Positions 7,387 through 8,233 of a stretch of 8,233 bases of DNA are shown here, in pieces. The first letter of the stretch is position 1. The number at the start of each line of letters is the position of its first letter. Position numbers and translations under genes: made by a program. The stretch lies in the NCBI GenBank assembly GCA_043228905.1, contig JBHGNT010001455.1:1-8233 (forward strand), written 5' to 3'. The notes beneath the pieces are model-generated. The model searched no databases. It was not told the origin of the DNA and saw only the letters and a program-made list of their open reading frames with translations. The stretch comes from Azolla caroliniana. Lineage: Eukaryota; Plantae; Polypodiophyta.

Positions 7387-8233
7387 CATTGTTCCGATCA
7401 GTGACATTTATCCAACGTCTTTGGGAGCTCCCTAAATGAAGGTACCCAAGGTTGGCACTTATGTCATCAAGACAACTGGCTGAAAATGGAGACACTCATT
7501 GTAGGTATGCTGAAATGCAGCAATGGTTTGAGTCACATGGCACGAGTATAAATGCACTACCCCCGTTCCAATATAGCTTGGATTGTCCCCATCTAAATAT
7601 GACCAAAGTGGAAAAGAATAGAGTGATCCGAACTGATATTATTAACTTGGAAAATAAGATAACATGGATCACTATCCAATGTGATGCGTAGTGTGATAGG
7701 GCAGCTGCGAACTTCATCACATCAACTACAGATTGAGGTAGGCAGATATACACGACTACCTCTAGAAGAGAGAATTTGCCAATTGTGTTATCAAGGAGTG
7801 GAATCTGAAGAACACTATGTTTATCATTGTAGTGTCTTTTATGAAATCCGAGGGAGATACCATTGCCTCTTTAAACAAGGCTTTGGCCCACTACGCAAGG
7901 TAATGGAATATGAGGACCAACGATGCCTAGGACTTTTCTTACTAGAGCTCAAGAGACATCAGGAAAAGTTGTTGAAGTATACAACCACACAAGCTCATCC
8001 ACAAAGAACAATCACAACTTTCTTTAGCCCCATCACTCCTACTAATTCTACAAGGCTATCAAAGGATACACAAATGGGCTCCTGATCAAGACATAACAAA
8101 GAGGTTACAATATATTGGGCAATGGCAATTTCCCGTGCACATAGGCCCCGGCCCCATGGACCACGACCTTGACACCCTTGTCATCGACAAGTAAAAGCCA
8201 TTATCTCCTGCCATCGTAGGTGTTCCCTCGCTT
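7387..8233 (+). mobile_element. Younger 5'-truncated non-LTR retrotransposon copy B: C-terminal ORF fragment with Zn-binding motif (RTE/RTEX-like, clade tentative); runs off the window
   Basis: QLRTSSHQLQIEVGRY...EERICQLC....ESEEHYVYHC..FYEIR is the typical C-terminal CxxC..H..C domain of LINE reverse transcriptase proteins. In-frame TGA at 7437, 8083 and 8170; frameshifting deletion near 7673-7680. No RT or endonuclease core in the window. Confidence 0.9.

Noticed and set aside
6007-7753. Minus-strand ORFs 6007-6309, 6712-6975 and 7496-7753
   Set aside because: Antisense shadows of the LINE copies.
7681-8085. 134-aa ORF as an independent zinc-finger gene
   Set aside because: Its ATG lies just after a deletion junction inside a decayed LINE ORF; homology continues on both sides.
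1-8233. Prokaryotic or phage primase-helicase locus, CRISPR array, tRNA/rRNA genes
   Set aside because: Spliceosomal introns show a eukaryotic nuclear gene; no regularly spaced repeats or structural RNA signatures were seen.

Overview
AT-rich eukaryotic (land-plant-type) nuclear DNA. The + strand carries 15 consecutive GT-AG exons (1-5552; 1304 coding nt, ~434 aa, no internal stop) of an organellar Twinkle (T7 gp4-like primase-helicase) homolog: Cys4 zinc-binding domain, RNAP-basic/TOPRIM primase region, linker and the start of the SF4 helicase. The gene is partial at both ends. The primase catalytic motifs are degenerate (EGExD->AREVD, DxD->GSD, KDxNE->KDPLE, KYR->RNY) while the zinc-finger cysteines, Walker A and helicase motif H1a are intact, suggesting a primase-dead, helicase-only Twinkle. 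The long introns hold retroelement debris: a copia-type PPT-LTR-PBS-gag remnant, a copia integrase scrap, and a non-LTR (LINE) family with a hairpin + (CTTT)n 3' tail present four times. One tail supplies the branch point and pyrimidine tract of a Twinkle exon, and three units form a head-to-tail array in the last intron. Homolog sequences used for comparison are recalled from memory; no database searches were run.
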